Shown here one piece after another: positions 50,466 to 63,612 of a stretch of 64,000 nt of DNA; the stretch's first letter is position 1; every line of letters starts with the position of its first letter. A program made the position numbers and the translations under genes. The notes below the pieces were generated by a model. The model saw nothing but the letters and a program-made list of their open reading frames with translations, ran no database searches and was not told where the DNA came from. Source of the DNA: Mobula hypostoma (taxonomy: Eukaryota); NCBI RefSeq assembly GCF_963921235.1, contig NC_086109.1, positions 26,414,001 through 26,478,000 of the forward strand. The letters are read 5' to 3'.

Positions 50466-51742
50466 TGAGATTCACTACTTCCTGGGAAAAGCAGTTTCTC
50501 CTCTTCTCCGTTCTAATCTGAGTTTGGCACAGCTGGGATTTTTAGTGGTGTGTCAGTACTAACCACTGTTCTCAGGCCAATTATACAGAAGCCATCTTTA
50601 AGTGCCCCTGTAGAGAATGCTTCTGTGTAACCTGAAGTATAACTCCTTGACCAATTCTCTGCCTGGCATTGGAAGCCCAGTGTATATAGCACCACCACCC
50701 CCCCCAACTTACTTTGCATCAACACAAATGCTCACAGACTAGGGTTAAATTATAGGTGAATGTTCAGTAACTGTGATTATGATTAGACTCCTCTGTGCAT
50801 TGGATGCATCAACAGTCCAGAATGAAAATGTCAGACTCCGCTGTGACTCCCTGAGCATAATTTCTTTATTAATTCTTCAAAGAAACAAGAAACAATGCAA
50901 TCCACTTTTTAGATAGATTCTCCCTAATCATTACATAGTGCAGTAAGGTAGAACATGGTAAAGCAATAACAACGCTGAATAAAGTGTAGAGAGTTATCAA
51001 AGATTACAACACAATCTCAATCAACGGAGCAAGTGGTCTGCTGACATTCAGATGGAGGTTTCTACAGATCTTTGTTTTATCATAATTAAGTGGGCAGGAT
51101 AAAGTGTGAAAGATACTTCATACTCTGCAGAATTTCTTTGTAATGTTCTGGGAAAGAATTTCATTTTGCAGTAATCTCAAAGAATGTCAACAGTCTGTTG
51201 TGAACATCAGAGCACAGATGTTTAGAAATCTCTACAGGGAAAACTGATGAAAGACAAAACTGACAGAATAAACTGTGTGGCTAATACAACAGTGAAGACA
51301 AGAAGGATCAGACTAGAATAAAAATGCTTGCTCTTACTATTTTCATACACACGTTATACACGTTATACACCATACACGTTACCCATTTCACCAATTATAC
51401 CATTACCATCTCACACCACTCTTGCCCATTCAGATTTACCTGTATATTTCTGTCAGTGAGGAGGGTGGCTCAGAACAGGGGAGCTTCCTACAAAGATGTG
51501 GTTGCTACAGGATACTCGTTTGAAATGCTAAGATCGTACAACTGTGAGCAATTTGGGGTGATCCTTGTGTCATCTTCCTTCAGGGTGTGCGGAGTACCAG
51601 CCACCTGGTTAATCATCTCCCATGTAATCTCTTATGTCCAGACTTTTACAGTAACTGGCCAAAAGCTTAACATTGAGCCAGCTTATTCTGATCAATCTTC
51701 ATTCAGATCTTTAAAATATCTTTTTTTTTCCCATCTTGACAG

Positions 51743-51802
51743 ATTTATTGGCCTGCAGCTGAAGAGAGAGTGGAGCTTTGTAAACAGACCGGCAAGAAGG
51801 AA
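51743..51802 (+). CDS. SEMA3D: SEMA3D-like coding exon 3
   Basis: Polypyrimidine tract then gacag|ATT. Encodes IYWPAAEERVELCKQTGKKE. Donor GAA|GTAAGA; 60 bp, phase 0-0. Confidence 0.92.
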
Positions 51803-52869
51803 GTAAGAAATGGCTCGCACTGTTCCGTAATTTCCACAAGTTCAATTCTATTTCTTAAAAACAGTTTATCATATTTTTTGTCATGTTTATATGTTTTAAA
51901 AACTGCTTCCAACTTAATGTATATGAAGTAGTCTGAGTTTTAAAACTGTAAAAATGATTTGTTTTAATCAAGGGAGCCAGGCTTTCTTGGATTATTAGAT
52001 GTTCCATTTAATATGAAGATGCACTTTTACTTCACATTTCATTAGAGAGTCAATTGAAATATATTTAGTATAGTAATTTTTCTAGCAATCCTGTAATTTT
52101 AAAGAGAATACTGTGAGTTTTAGGGGACCATGGAAACAAGAGCCCTGTTGTGTTAAAGGGACCACAAGAACCATGGCCTCAATGCATTTTTAATGCATTA
52201 ATAAGGAATGCAGGATCTGGGCACCAGACTCTTAGAGAAAATACAGAAATTGGCGTCTGTGCTCAACAAACGTTGTTGACGGCCCTGGCATCTTAAAGAG
52301 ACCACAAGAAATATGCCTTAAAGCAATAAAGAAGGCAAAAGAACTGGTTCCAAAATGTTTAAGCAAGTACAGGTACTGGCATCAGTGTGTTAAACAGAGC
52401 ACACTGGTGTATTAAAGGGAGAACAGGATCCCAGTGTCTTAATTGGTGAGCCAGATATAAATATAAATATAAATATTCAATTATCAAATTATTGGAGTTT
52501 GATTGTAATAAGCATTAGGAAATAAAGAGTTGTGGAATGGGATTGATAGGATCAATTTCCCTCAGGATCAATGAAGTATGACTATGACTATGACAGCTGA
52601 CATAGGCATGATGGGCCAAATGGCTCTTTCTGAACTTCAATAACTAACCAGGTAAACCAGTACATAAAAAGTTGATCTTTAACCTGCATCCCCTACTAAA
52701 TAACATGACTAAGACTAATAATTAATGAGATATGGATAAATGCAAAAACCTTAGCCTGATGTTTAAATGGAAATGTCCAGTGAATTCAAAGATTGGACAT
52801 GTTATTAACTGGAAGACTAGAGCATGGCTAATGTTGTGCTTTTACTTAAGAAGAGCTATACGGGAAATA

Positions 52870-54325
52870 CAGGCTTGTGAACCCAGTAACAGTGGTGAGA
52901 AAGTCACTGGAGGGCATTCTGAGAGATATGATCTACTGATGATTGAAAGGCAGGAACAGATTAGGAATGACTTTTTGTGTGGAAAATCATGTCTCACGAA
53001 TTTGATGAGTTTTTTGAAGCGGTAACTAAGAGGGGAGTGCGGTGGCAGATGTTTACATGGGCTTCAGCAAGGCCTTTGACAAGGTCCTGCATGGTAGCCT
53101 AGTCAAAAAGATGAGATCATGTGGAATCCAATGTGACCAAGCCAATTCTATGCAAAATTGCTGAGATAGAGGGAATCAGAGGATGGTAGTGGAGAGTTGT
53201 TTTTCAGAGTAGAGACCTGCAATCAGCAATGGGCAGCAGGGACTGATGCAGGGTCCACTGATGTAACAATTTGGATGAGAATGTAGTTGGCAATCTGAGG
53301 ATGACACCAGAATTAGTGGCTTAGTGTGGAACTGAAATTGGTTTATTATTGTCACATGTGCCAAGGTACAGTGAAAAGCTTGTCTTGCATACTGTTCTTG
53401 GAGAAGAAATCATTTACAGGATTTGAGGTAAGAAAGGATAAAGTGATAACTATGCAGAATGAAGTGTAACAGCTACAGAGTAGGCAGTGGAAACAGTTGT
53501 CTAAGATTACAATCAGATCCAGATCAACTGAAAAAGTGGGCCAAGGGATGGCAGATGGAATTTAACTCAGGAAAGTGCCATGTGTTGCATTTAGGTCATT
53601 TTAAGCAAGGTGGGACATGCACAGTAAAAGACAAGTCCCTGGAGAGTGTTGTAGAACAGAGAGACTGAGGGTATATGTACATCATTCCATGAAAGTGGCC
53701 TCACAGAGAGACACTGGCAGGGAGTTAAAGAAGGTGTTTAGCACACTTGCCTTAATCAGTCAGGATATTGAGTACGGGAGTTGGAAACATCACGTCACAA
53801 CTGTACAAGATCTTACTAAGACAATTTCAGGAGTGTTACATGTATTTCTGCCATTACACTCGAAAGAGAGAAGGAAAGCTTCTCCAGGATATTTTTGGCA
53901 CTGGGGGGCTTGAGTTATAAAGAGATTTGATAGGCAGGGCTTTTGTCCATGGAGCTGTGTCACCTGAGGGGTGACATTATAAAGATATATAAAATCATGA
54001 AGGGTATATAAATAAAATGAACGGTCTTTTTCCCAGGGTAGAGGAGTCTAAAACTTGAGGGCATAGTTTTAAGGTGAGAGGGGGAAGAGGGAAGATTTAA
54101 GGGGAGGTCTGAATGGCATCTTTTGTGGAACATGCTGTCAGAGGAAGTGGAAGATGTGGGTACAATTGCCATGTTTAAAGGGCATTTGGATGGTATATTA
54201 ATAGTTTAGTGGGATATGGTCCAAGCGCAGGAATATGGGACCGGCTCAGGTAGGCAATTTGGCCAGCATGGACAGTCAAGCTGAAGGGCTTTTATCTGTG
54301 TTGCATAAAAGATGACTATATGATG
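52870..54325 (+). mobile_element. Decayed CR1 LINE with a short minus-strand LINE tail inserted at ~53330-53480
   Basis: GKSCLTNL and WAKGWQMEFNSGKCHVLH; CR1 tail at ~54260-54325. Confidence 0.7.
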
Positions 54326-54849
54326 TTAAAACAGATAAAAGAATAATGTTATTATTCAATTCAAGATCTTGTATACCAAGAAAAAAAATTGGAAAAATAA
54401 TTTTGAACTCTCAAGTTGAATTCTCTTGCTGAAATGTTCAACAATTCTCAAGACAATTAAAAAAAATGTAATAAGGTTAGTATTTAGAGTTGACATGGGA
54501 CCATTCTTCTGATGATAAGCCAATTGTGATAGCCAATAAACTGAGAGCAAGAACAACTCAACTTCGGTCCAGTTTCATCTGTGGAAAATGAGAGCCTCGG
54601 CAGAAAAGAGAGAGAGGGGCAGAAATAAATTGACTCAAGAAGGGTTCTCAGTTATTCTTTTCAAATGGTGCTGTTTGTAAAGAAAATTAGACTTTAGATG
54701 AACAAACTTACGTTGCTTCTTGCTTTGTTGTCACGTTTAATACAGTAGCAATGTTTGGCTGCTTTTGTATGACATACAATAGTATGATTGTGTTTCTGCT
54801 TCACTGGAAGACCATATATTCCTGTTCATGATATTTATGTTACTATTAG

Positions 54850-54969
54850 GCAGAATGTGCAAATTTCATTCGAGTGCTGCACAACTTCAACAAGACACAT
54901 GTCTATGCTTGTGGCACGGGAGCTTTCCACCCTGCGTGCGGATACATTGAACTCGGGCCCCCTGCACAG
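54850..54969 (+). CDS. SEMA3D: SEMA3D-like coding exon 4
   Basis: ttag|GCA. Encodes [40 protein letters not shown], containing the semaphorin ECxNFIR and [10 protein letters not shown] motifs. Donor CAG|GTAATG; 120 bp. Confidence 0.95.
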
Positions 54970-55569
54970 GTAATGCATTTTGACTCTGTTGAAGGTAATA
55001 GTCAACAGCTGTCACTTCAGTTATATCATATTCAAACTTTATAATCACCAGGGCACTTGAGTTCAAGTCTTTTAATGACTATAGCACTGCTGAGGCCAGA
55101 GAAGCAGCCTGTTTTCATTATTTGAATTTACAATAACAAAGATTCACAATAAAACATCTTTTCATCACCAGCAACAGATTTCTCTTTGTCTGCCTGTACC
55201 TCTTCAAATAAGAATGATCAAATGTATTAATTAAGAAAAAGACTTCTTTACTCAAAGGTGTGCAACAGATATAATGCAGTTACGTATGCTGTAAACTGAT
55301 GCCTTCAGGATACAGAGAAACTCTATTATCATCCTGCAAAATTATCTACCAGGAGTTTCCCAGCATAAAATATCAACAGGGGAATCAATGCACCGACAAA
55401 GGCCCAGAAAGTTTGGATCCCAGCCAGATCTGTGGCACCACTACTACATTGCTACAGAAATTGCAGCTGGAATGCATTGTGAGAGCTGGGAATTTTTGAC
55501 TTCAGATTGTTTTCTTTGTTATTTTAGTCTTTGTTCAGCCGCCTGGCATGCAACTGTACTAAATACAGT

Positions 55570-55708
55570 AGGTCCGGATGAAGAGTCCCAGCCTGAAAGG
55601 GTCCACTCTTTATTCCTTTCCCTGGATGCTGTGTGACCTGCAGAATTCCCCCAGCATTTTGAGTGTGTCATTCTGGATTTCCAGCATCTGCAGAATCTCT
55701 TGCGTTTG
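55570..55708 (+). mobile_element. Penelope terminus remnant with decayed hammerhead motif
   Basis: gtcCGGATGAagagtcccagcctGAAAgggtccact ... ttccagcatctgcagaatctcttg. Confidence 0.65.
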
Positions 55709-56858
55709 CTATATAGGTGAAATCTTTTGAGAAACCAAGTCAACAAGGTCTTGTATGCAACAAGCAGCTTGCTGAGAAATCGAAGGAGAATTCTGCAATG
55801 GGTATTTCACATTGGAGATTTTGTTATAAATCGAATGTTGTTGGTGCAGAATCTTGGAATGCTGCCTTAAGTTTATTAACATTTTTGGCCTTCATTTAAC
55901 CACTAAGTTGTACTGTAAGTTAGCAACAGGAACTGATAATGGGCTGTTGCACTTTTGAACCAACTTGTTTGTTGTGCCACAGTCTCAACTGCAACAGGCA
56001 CTATTGAAGATTTCATTAATCATAATGAAGAACACTTCAGACACTATTAGATGAGTGACTCCCAAAATCTGTTCAGTGTAGGAATAAATGTAAAGAACCA
56101 CTTAACCTTTACAAGGGAACATCCATGTAAGTGCAAGCCCTTGCAGTTGATAATACTGCCCACTGTTGAAAGTTTCCAAAACTTTTAGTCATATTGATTT
56201 AATTTGCTTTCTGAAATAGTTATTCACGGAATTTTTTTAAAAAGCTATTGAAGGAAAGCATGCCGACAAGGAATAAACTGGCTGCGGAATATTGCGTAAG
56301 GCTATTCCCCTGCTGATCTGCAGGGGAATACAAACTTTTATCATACAACCTCGTACAGTCAAGATTTCCTGTGATCTTAACTGCTTACTGCAAGATTAGA
56401 CTGATCTTGCTTTGAAGTAGTTGGAGGAGCTTCTTACCAGTGCTAACCTCACGTTGTAACATGTTGTCTTCCACATTGTTTAACTTTCCCGTATTGGCGT
56501 CTCATTTCCTCTTTCATAACATACAATATTCTTGCCACTTGTGAAACAGTGACTCACAGGGGATGCATAAATTAACAAAGGTGATAAAATATAAAACTCT
56601 CAAGTTGCTATCCAGAGGGGGGGGAAGCAATTTTATGTTATTAATTGTTTCATTAGCATGAAGTTATTGACTCTGATTGTACGTGTAAACGTAAGAATGT
56701 AGCTGCAGCATTTTGTTCTCTGGGTTGCTCCATTATTCTTCAAGATCATGGCTGATCATTTGCCTCAGAACCACTTACATAGACAAACTCAAATCCCTTT
56801 ATTTCATTATAAGAACTGTTCATAATTGTTCCTATTGGAGATCTAAAAGAATTCTTAT

Positions 56859-59800
56859 TATAAGACCATAAAATATAGGAAGAATCAGGCCATTTGGCCC
56901 ATTGAGTCTGCTCTGCCATTTCATCATGGCTGATCCAATTTTCCTCTCAGCCACAATCTCTTGCCTTCTCCCCATCTCCCTTCATGCCCTGACCAATCAA
57001 GAACATATCACCTCTTCCTTCAATATATATAAAGACTTAGCCTCCACAGCTGCCTGTGGCAAAGAATTACACAGATTCACCACTCTCTGGCTAAAGAAAT
57101 ACCTTCTCATTTCCGTTCTAAAATGACATCCCTCTATTCTGAAACTGTATTCTCTGGTCTTAGACTCTTCTATCATAGGAAACATTCTTGCCACATCCTC
57201 TCTATCAAGGCCTCTCACCTTTGGCTAGGTTTCAATGAGATCACCCCTCATTCTTCTGAATTCTAGTGAATACAGGCCCAGAGCCATTAAACATTTTTCA
57301 TATGACAAGGCATTCGATCCTGGAATCATTTTCATGAAGCTCCTTTGAACCCTCTCCAGTTTCAGCACATCCTTTCTAAGATAAGGGGCCAAAACTGCTC
57401 ACAATACTCCAAGTGAGGCCTCACCAGTGCTTTATAAAGTTTCAACATTACATCCTTTGTTTTATATTCTATTCCTCTTGAAGTGAATGCTAACATCACC
57501 TTTGCCTTCCTTACCACGAAGTCAACTTGCAAATTAACCTTTAAGGAATCCTACACAAGGACTCCCAAGTCACCTTACACCTCAGATTTTTTTTGTATTT
57601 TCTCTGCATTTAGAAAATAGTCAACCTTGACATTTCTTCTACCAAAGGGCATGACTATACACTTCCTGATGCTGTATTCCATCTGCCATTTCTTTGCCTA
57701 TCTCTCTAATCTGTCTAAGTCCTTCAGTTGCCTCTCTACTTCCTCAAAACTATCTGCCCCTCAACCTATTTTCATATTGTCTGCAAACTTTGCAACAAAG
57801 CCATCAATTCCATCATCCAAATCATTGACATATAACGTAAAAAGAATTGGTCCCAATACAGACCCCTATGGTCCACCCCTGACCACTGGCAGCCAACCGG
57901 AAAAGGCTCCCTTTATTCCTGCTCTGCACCCTGACAATCAGCCACTGCTTTATCCATGCTAGAATCTTCCCTGTAATACCATGGGCTCGTAGCTTGTTAA
58001 GCAGCCTCATGTGTGGCACCTTGCCGAAGGCTTTTTGAAAATCCAAGTACACAGCATCAACCAATTCTCCATTGTCTATCCTGCTTGTTGTTTCTTCAAA
58101 GAATTTCAACTGAGTTATTAGGTAAGATTTTCCCTTGAGGAAACCATGCTGACTACGGCTTATTTTATCATGTGCCTCCAAGTACTCTGAGACTTCATCC
58201 TTGATAATCAACTCCAACATCTTCTCAATCACTGACGTCAGACTAACTGGCCTCTAGTTTCCTTTCTTCTGCCTGTCTCCCTTCTTGAAGTGTAGAGTGA
58301 CATATGTAATTTTCCATTCTTTCGGAACTATTCCAGAACCTTGTGATTCTTGAAAGATCATTACTAATGCATCCACAATCTCTTCAGCCACCTCTTTCAG
58401 AACTCTTGAATGCATACCATCTGGTCCAGATGACTTACCTACCTTCAGTCTTTTCAGTTTCCCAAGAATCTTCTTTCTAGTAATGGTAACTTCACACACT
58501 TCATGACCCCTGACACCTGGAACTTGCACCATACTGCTAGTGTCTTCCACAGTGAAGAAAGATGCAAAATTCTTATTCAGTTCATCTGCCATTTCCTTGT
58601 CCCCATTACTACCTCTCTAGCATTGTTTTCCAGTGGTCCAATAAGCACTCTCACCTCTTTTACACTTTATGTATATGAAGAAACTTTTAGTATTATCTTT
58701 AATATTATTGGTTAGCTTACGTTTATATTCCATCTTTACCTTCTTAATGACATTTTTAGTTGCCTTCTGTTGGTTTTTAATAGCTTCCCAATGCTCTAAC
58801 TTCCCACTAATTTTTCCTCTATTATATGTCCTTTCTTTGGCTTTTATGTTGGTTTTGACTTCTCTTGTAAGCCATGGTTGTGTCATCTTTCCTTTAGAAT
58901 GCTTCTTCCTCTTTGGGAAGTATATATCCTGTGCTTTCTGAATTGCTTCCAGAAATTCCAGCCATTGTTGCTCTGCCATCATCCCTGCCAGTGTTCTTTT
59001 CCAATCAATTCTGGCCAACTCCTCTCTCACGCCTCTGTAATTCCCTTTATTCCACTGTATTTCTGATACATCTGACTTTAGCTTCTGCTCAAATTTCAGG
59101 GTGAATTTGATAATTTTATGATCACTAGTTCCTTATGGTTCTTCTACCTTATGGTCTCGAATCAATTCCGGTTCATTGCACAACATCCAATTGTTGATCC
59201 CCTAGTGGGCTCAACCATGAGCTGCTCTAAAAAGCCATTTCTAAGGCACTCTAGAAACTCCCCCTCCTGGAATCCCACACCAACCTGATTTTCCCAAACT
59301 ACCTGCATATTGAAATCCCCTCATGACTACTGTGACATTGCCCTTTTGGTATGCGTTTTCTATCTCCCCTTGTAATTTGTAGACAACATCCTTACTACAG
59401 TTAGGGGGATCTGTACACAACTCCCATCAGGATCTTTTTACCTTTGCAGTTCCTTAGCTCCATCCATGAAGATTCAGCACCTTCTGACCCTATGTCACCT
59501 CTTTCTAATGATTTGATTTCATTTTTTACCAGCAGAGCATGTCGCCCCCTTGGCCTTCCTACCTGCCCTTTCAATACAATGTGTATCTGGACATTAAGCT
59601 CCCAGCTATAGTCTTCTTTCAGCCATGATTCAGTGATGCCTACAACATCATACCTGCCAAACTGCAATTGTGCTTCAAGTTCGTCTATCTTATTCAGTAT
59701 ACTGGTTGCATTCAAATATAAAACCTTCCGTCCTGTATTCACCCTTTTCAATTTTGTCCTTTGCAACTCATCCTGTTGACTGCAATTTTGCCCTATCAAC

Positions 59801-61120
59801 TACCTCTCTTCATTATCCATTGCCTCTGTTTGTAAGCCAGCCACCTCGTCTTCAGCACTATCATCCACCTGTCCTATGATACTTATTTCATTGAAATAGA
59901 CCCAGCTCAGGACACTCGTTGCACCATGCTCAACCTTTCATTTACGAACTTTGTCTGAGGTCTTGCCAACATCTACCTCCACAACATCTGTCACTCTGGT
60001 TCCCATCCCCCTGCAGCTCTAGTTTAAACCCCACCGTGCAACATTAACAAGTCTTTCCACTAGGATATTAGTCTCCTTCCAATTCAAGTTCAAACTGTCC
60101 CATCTTTACAGGTCCCACCTTCCTTGGAAGAGAGCCCAGTGATCCAAATTCTTATCTCTCCCCCCTACACCAACTCCTTAGCCACATATTAAACTGTATT
60201 ATCTTCCTAGCTCTGGTCTCACTAGTGCGTGGCACAGGTAGCGATCCTGAGATGACAACTTTGGAGGTCCTGACCTATAATTTAGCAACTAACTCCCTGA
60301 ACTCTCTTTGCAGAACGTCATCACTCATCCTACCCATGTCATTGGCACTACATGGACCACGACTTCTGGCTGTTCAAACTCCCACATAAGAATGCTAAGG
60401 ACTCGATCCAAGATATCCTGGAACATGGCTCCTGGGTGGCAACATACCATCGGGAATCTTGTTCTCGTCCACAGAACCTCCTGTCCATTCCCCTAACAAA
60501 CAAATCCCCTATCACTACAGCATGCCCCTTCTCAACCTTCCCCTTCTGAGTCACAGAGACAGACTCAGTACCAGAGACCTGACCACTGTGACTTTCCTCT
60601 ATTAAGTCAACACCCCGACAGTATCCAAAGTAATATACAGTACCTGTTGTTGAAGGGGATGGCCACAGGAGTTCTCTGCACTGGTTCCGTAATCCCCTTC
60701 CCCTTCCTGACTGTCACCCAGTTTACTGTGTCCTGCAACTTAGGTGTAACTACCTCTCTATATGTCCTATCTATCACCTCTTTGGCCTCCTGGATGATCT
60801 GGAGTTCATCCAGTTCCAGCTCCAACTCAATGCCGATTGTCAGAAGCTGCAGCTGGATGCACTTCTCACAACTGTAGTCATTAGGGACACTGGACATCTC
60901 CCTGCCTTCCCACAAATCTGCAAGAGCAGCATTCAACTATTCCGCCTTGCAACTCAACTGCCCTACCTAAGCAGATTTAAAGAAGGGAAGGAAAAAAAAA
61001 ACTTAACTTCGAGCTTTTCTTTCCTTTGGTTTCTCTGACTGAAGTCTAGCAGACGTAAAGTCTCGAGATGGCCGCTGCACTTGCCACTGCCTTCTTTTAA
61101 TTTGCTCTTGCTAATCAATC
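56859..61120 (-). mobile_element. Near full-length decayed CR1 LINE (ORF1 zinc finger + esterase-like domain, ORF2 APE-RT)
   Basis: ORF1 remnants CEKCIQLQLL and AVVIGD..VRG.DRRFCGR; ORF2 remnants LYLNATSI, DVVGITESWL, YLDFQKAF and FFSQRVVNL; many stops and frameshifts; tail at 56859. Confidence 0.9.
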
Positions 61121-61124
61121 CCAA

Positions 61125-61844
61125 TCATCACACATCCTGATAGACCCATTTTTTTTTGGCTACTCAGGCCACTGGTGTTTTCCACGGGCTCTACTCAAAC
61201 TTGGAAAGAGTTCCTTCAGCCTCCATACAAGCTAACTCACTGGCTACTTTATCACGGATGGTATAAGGAACCAGACAGCCATTGTAAAACTTGGTGTTGC
61301 ATTTTCACTTAAGACTATTTTACCCTTTATATGTTTCAGTTTTCCAATGCCATCCTTGAACACTGCTGCAGCATCATCCAGCGCCTTTCTAAATTCACTT
61401 TCAGTTGACTCCATTGCAGGGGAGGTGGCATGTAAATGGTGGATGAATCTCCAGTCAAGTTATAGTTGTCTCAGCCAATGATGGCCCCCCAATTCTGACC
61501 CTCCTGTTTCTACCATATACAAGCCCAATGGAGCTTGTTGGTTGTTGTATTTCATTGTTACGAATGTCATTCCCACAGGAATTATCTTTTCTCCAATATA
61601 AGTTCTTAAGTGGAAATCTGCAGGCTTCAGTTCAGTAGCTTTGAAATGCTGTTCAAACTCATTTTGTGGGGTGATCGAAGCAGCTGAGCCAGTGTCTAAT
61701 TCCGTGGTGGCATAATGACATATGTCATTCATGCACTTCTTACATTTAACCCATAATTAATTATGTAAATAAACAAAGAATGCTTAATCAAACAATATAT
61801 TTACAATATTACTCTAATATTACTGAAATATTGAATATACTACA
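61125..61844 (-). mobile_element. Gypsy LTR-retrotransposon remnant: probable partial LTR fused to protease and start of RT
   Basis: ELDTGSAAS (aspartic protease), LRTYIGEKIIPVG, VPYTIRDKVASEL and KKNGSIRMC. The AT-rich block 61706-61844 starts TGTAGT on the minus strand. Confidence 0.8.
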
Positions 61845-62060
61845 CCCTCCTCCCTTCTCAAGAGTGAAGTGACATTTGGAACCGTTCCAGAATCAGGTGA
61901 TCCTTGAAAGATCGTTGCTAATGCCTCCACAGTCTCTTCAACTACCTCTTTCAGAACTCTGGGTTGTAGTCCATCTGGTCCAGGTGACTTCACACCTTTT
62001 AGCTCCCCAAGAACGTTCTCCTTTGTAACAGCAACTACACTCACTTCTGTGCCCACCCCA
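61845..62060 (-). mobile_element. CR1 ORF2 fragment
   Basis: KSPGPDGLQPRVLKEV. Confidence 0.8.
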
Positions 62061-62988
62061 ACACTCTCAACACAAGGTGTCGACTGTTAATTTCCCTTCA
62101 TAGATGCTGCCTGACCTGCTGAGTTCCTTCGACATTTAGTTAGTTGCAAGGGAATAGATTTGAGTTGAGATGGTTAGCTTTCTGTTGTTAAGTGCTACAT
62201 GGCAACTTCCGTGATCCAGGAAATTTTCTGTATTAGAGACAGTCGAATACATAACGTCAAGCCTCCTTCCATTGATGTTTCTTTTGTCTTGTGTGGTCAG
62301 CAGTTAGAGTGCCAGATGCTTATCTCCGTGTATCATCAGTATTAACGTGCATTTTACCTAGCTCCAGTTATTCTTCTCAATTTTTCAAAGTTATTTTTCT
62401 CAACCTGACAAAATTTGTGAAATGTTGCTTTTGCCAATATCAAAGTGGCATAATTAATGTGATTTATGTAAAAAGCGATAGGAAGTCATGCATGGAGTTT
62501 GTTTCTGAACCTCAAAAGACTTAATAATGTATGCCATGAATTGAAACATTTCACCATTTAGACTGCTGCCTATTGAGTCGGTCCTTGGATGGGTTTCAAC
62601 TAATACCTTTCCTGTAACTCACTTTGTCAGCTATACAATATTAGTGTCAGGAAACAAAAAATGTTGCATCATGAAATTTAATGAAGATACAATATAATAG
62701 GTGATGAGTTGGTGAATTATCATAACTGTTATTGGCTATGAAATTGATTAATATTGTGTTTAAAAAGCCTACCTCTGAATACCTACTTCTATCTATCAAC
62801 TAGCTAGCCTTAAAATAATCTGACATGTTATTCTTCTCTTATAACTCTTACTCGTGTATCTTCTAACTCCAAATCCGATTTCTAGCATAAAATATGTTTT
62901 AATACTATATTGTACAAGCAACAAGAGATTGGAATATTGACTATTAGTTTTTCGTTAATTCTGATCTCTATTTTCACTTCACTGACAG

Positions 62989-63082
62989 GAGCTTTCGTTG
63001 AAGTTTGACCTAAAAACCCTGGAATCTGGAAAACTGAAATGCCCTTATGACCCCAACCAACCTTTCACATCAGCTCTCATTG
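62989..63082 (+). CDS. SEMA3D: SEMA3D-like coding exon 5
   Basis: tgacag|GAG. Encodes ELSLKFDLKTLESGKLKCPYDPNQPFTSALI(G), containing the ESGxxKCPYDP motif. Donor G|GTAAGC; 94 bp. The gene continues beyond the window. Confidence 0.94.
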
Positions 63083-63269
63083 GTAAGCGATGTTGCAGAT
63101 GTGAATAGTTAATGAACACATGAAAGAATTGATGCACTGATTTTAATGTGGCCCAACAATTAAAGTGTGCAGATAACTGGTAGCTTTTGAAAATTATGTG
63201 CTTTAGATATTATGCAAAATAAATTTCACTTTGAAAACTATTACATGGATGTTCCACACAAAGGATAGT

Positions 63270-63612
63270 GGTGGCACAGTAGTGTAGCTCATAGTGCAAT
63301 TGTTTCATAGCGCCCGCAGTTACTGATAGGGGTTTGATTCCCGCTGCTGTCTTGTAAGGGGATTGTACGTTCTCCCCATGATCGCATGGGCTTCCTCCAG
63401 GTGCTCCAGTGTCCTTCCACATTCCAAAGAAGTATGGTTAGAGATAGGGAGCTGTGGGCATGCTGCGTTGGTACTGGAAATGAGGCAACATTCGCAGGCT
63501 GCCCTCAGTATAATCTTTGGACTGTGGTGGTCATTGACTTAAAACAATGCATTTCACTGTGTGTTTCAATGTTTCGATGCACATGTTACAAATAAAGCTA
63601 AGCTAATCTAAT
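63270..63612 (+). mobile_element. tRNA-derived V-SINE (HE1-like)
   Basis: Head ggtggcacagtagtgtag...ggtttgattccc; V-domain-like gttctccccatgatcgcatgggcttcctccaggtgctccag...ccacattccaaaga; tail aataaagctaagctaatctaatc. Confidence 0.78.

Noticed and set aside
51324..51806. 160-aa ORF
   Set aside because: Overlaps semaphorin exon 3 in a different frame; no recognisable domain.
54850..54853. Alternative acceptor tagGCAG at exon 4
   Set aside because: Using the downstream CAG removes 4 nt and shifts the frame; no support without transcript data.
61845..61862. Polypurine tract before the Gypsy LTR-like block
   Set aside because: The purine run is explained by CR1 ORF2 coding sequence at the insertion point.
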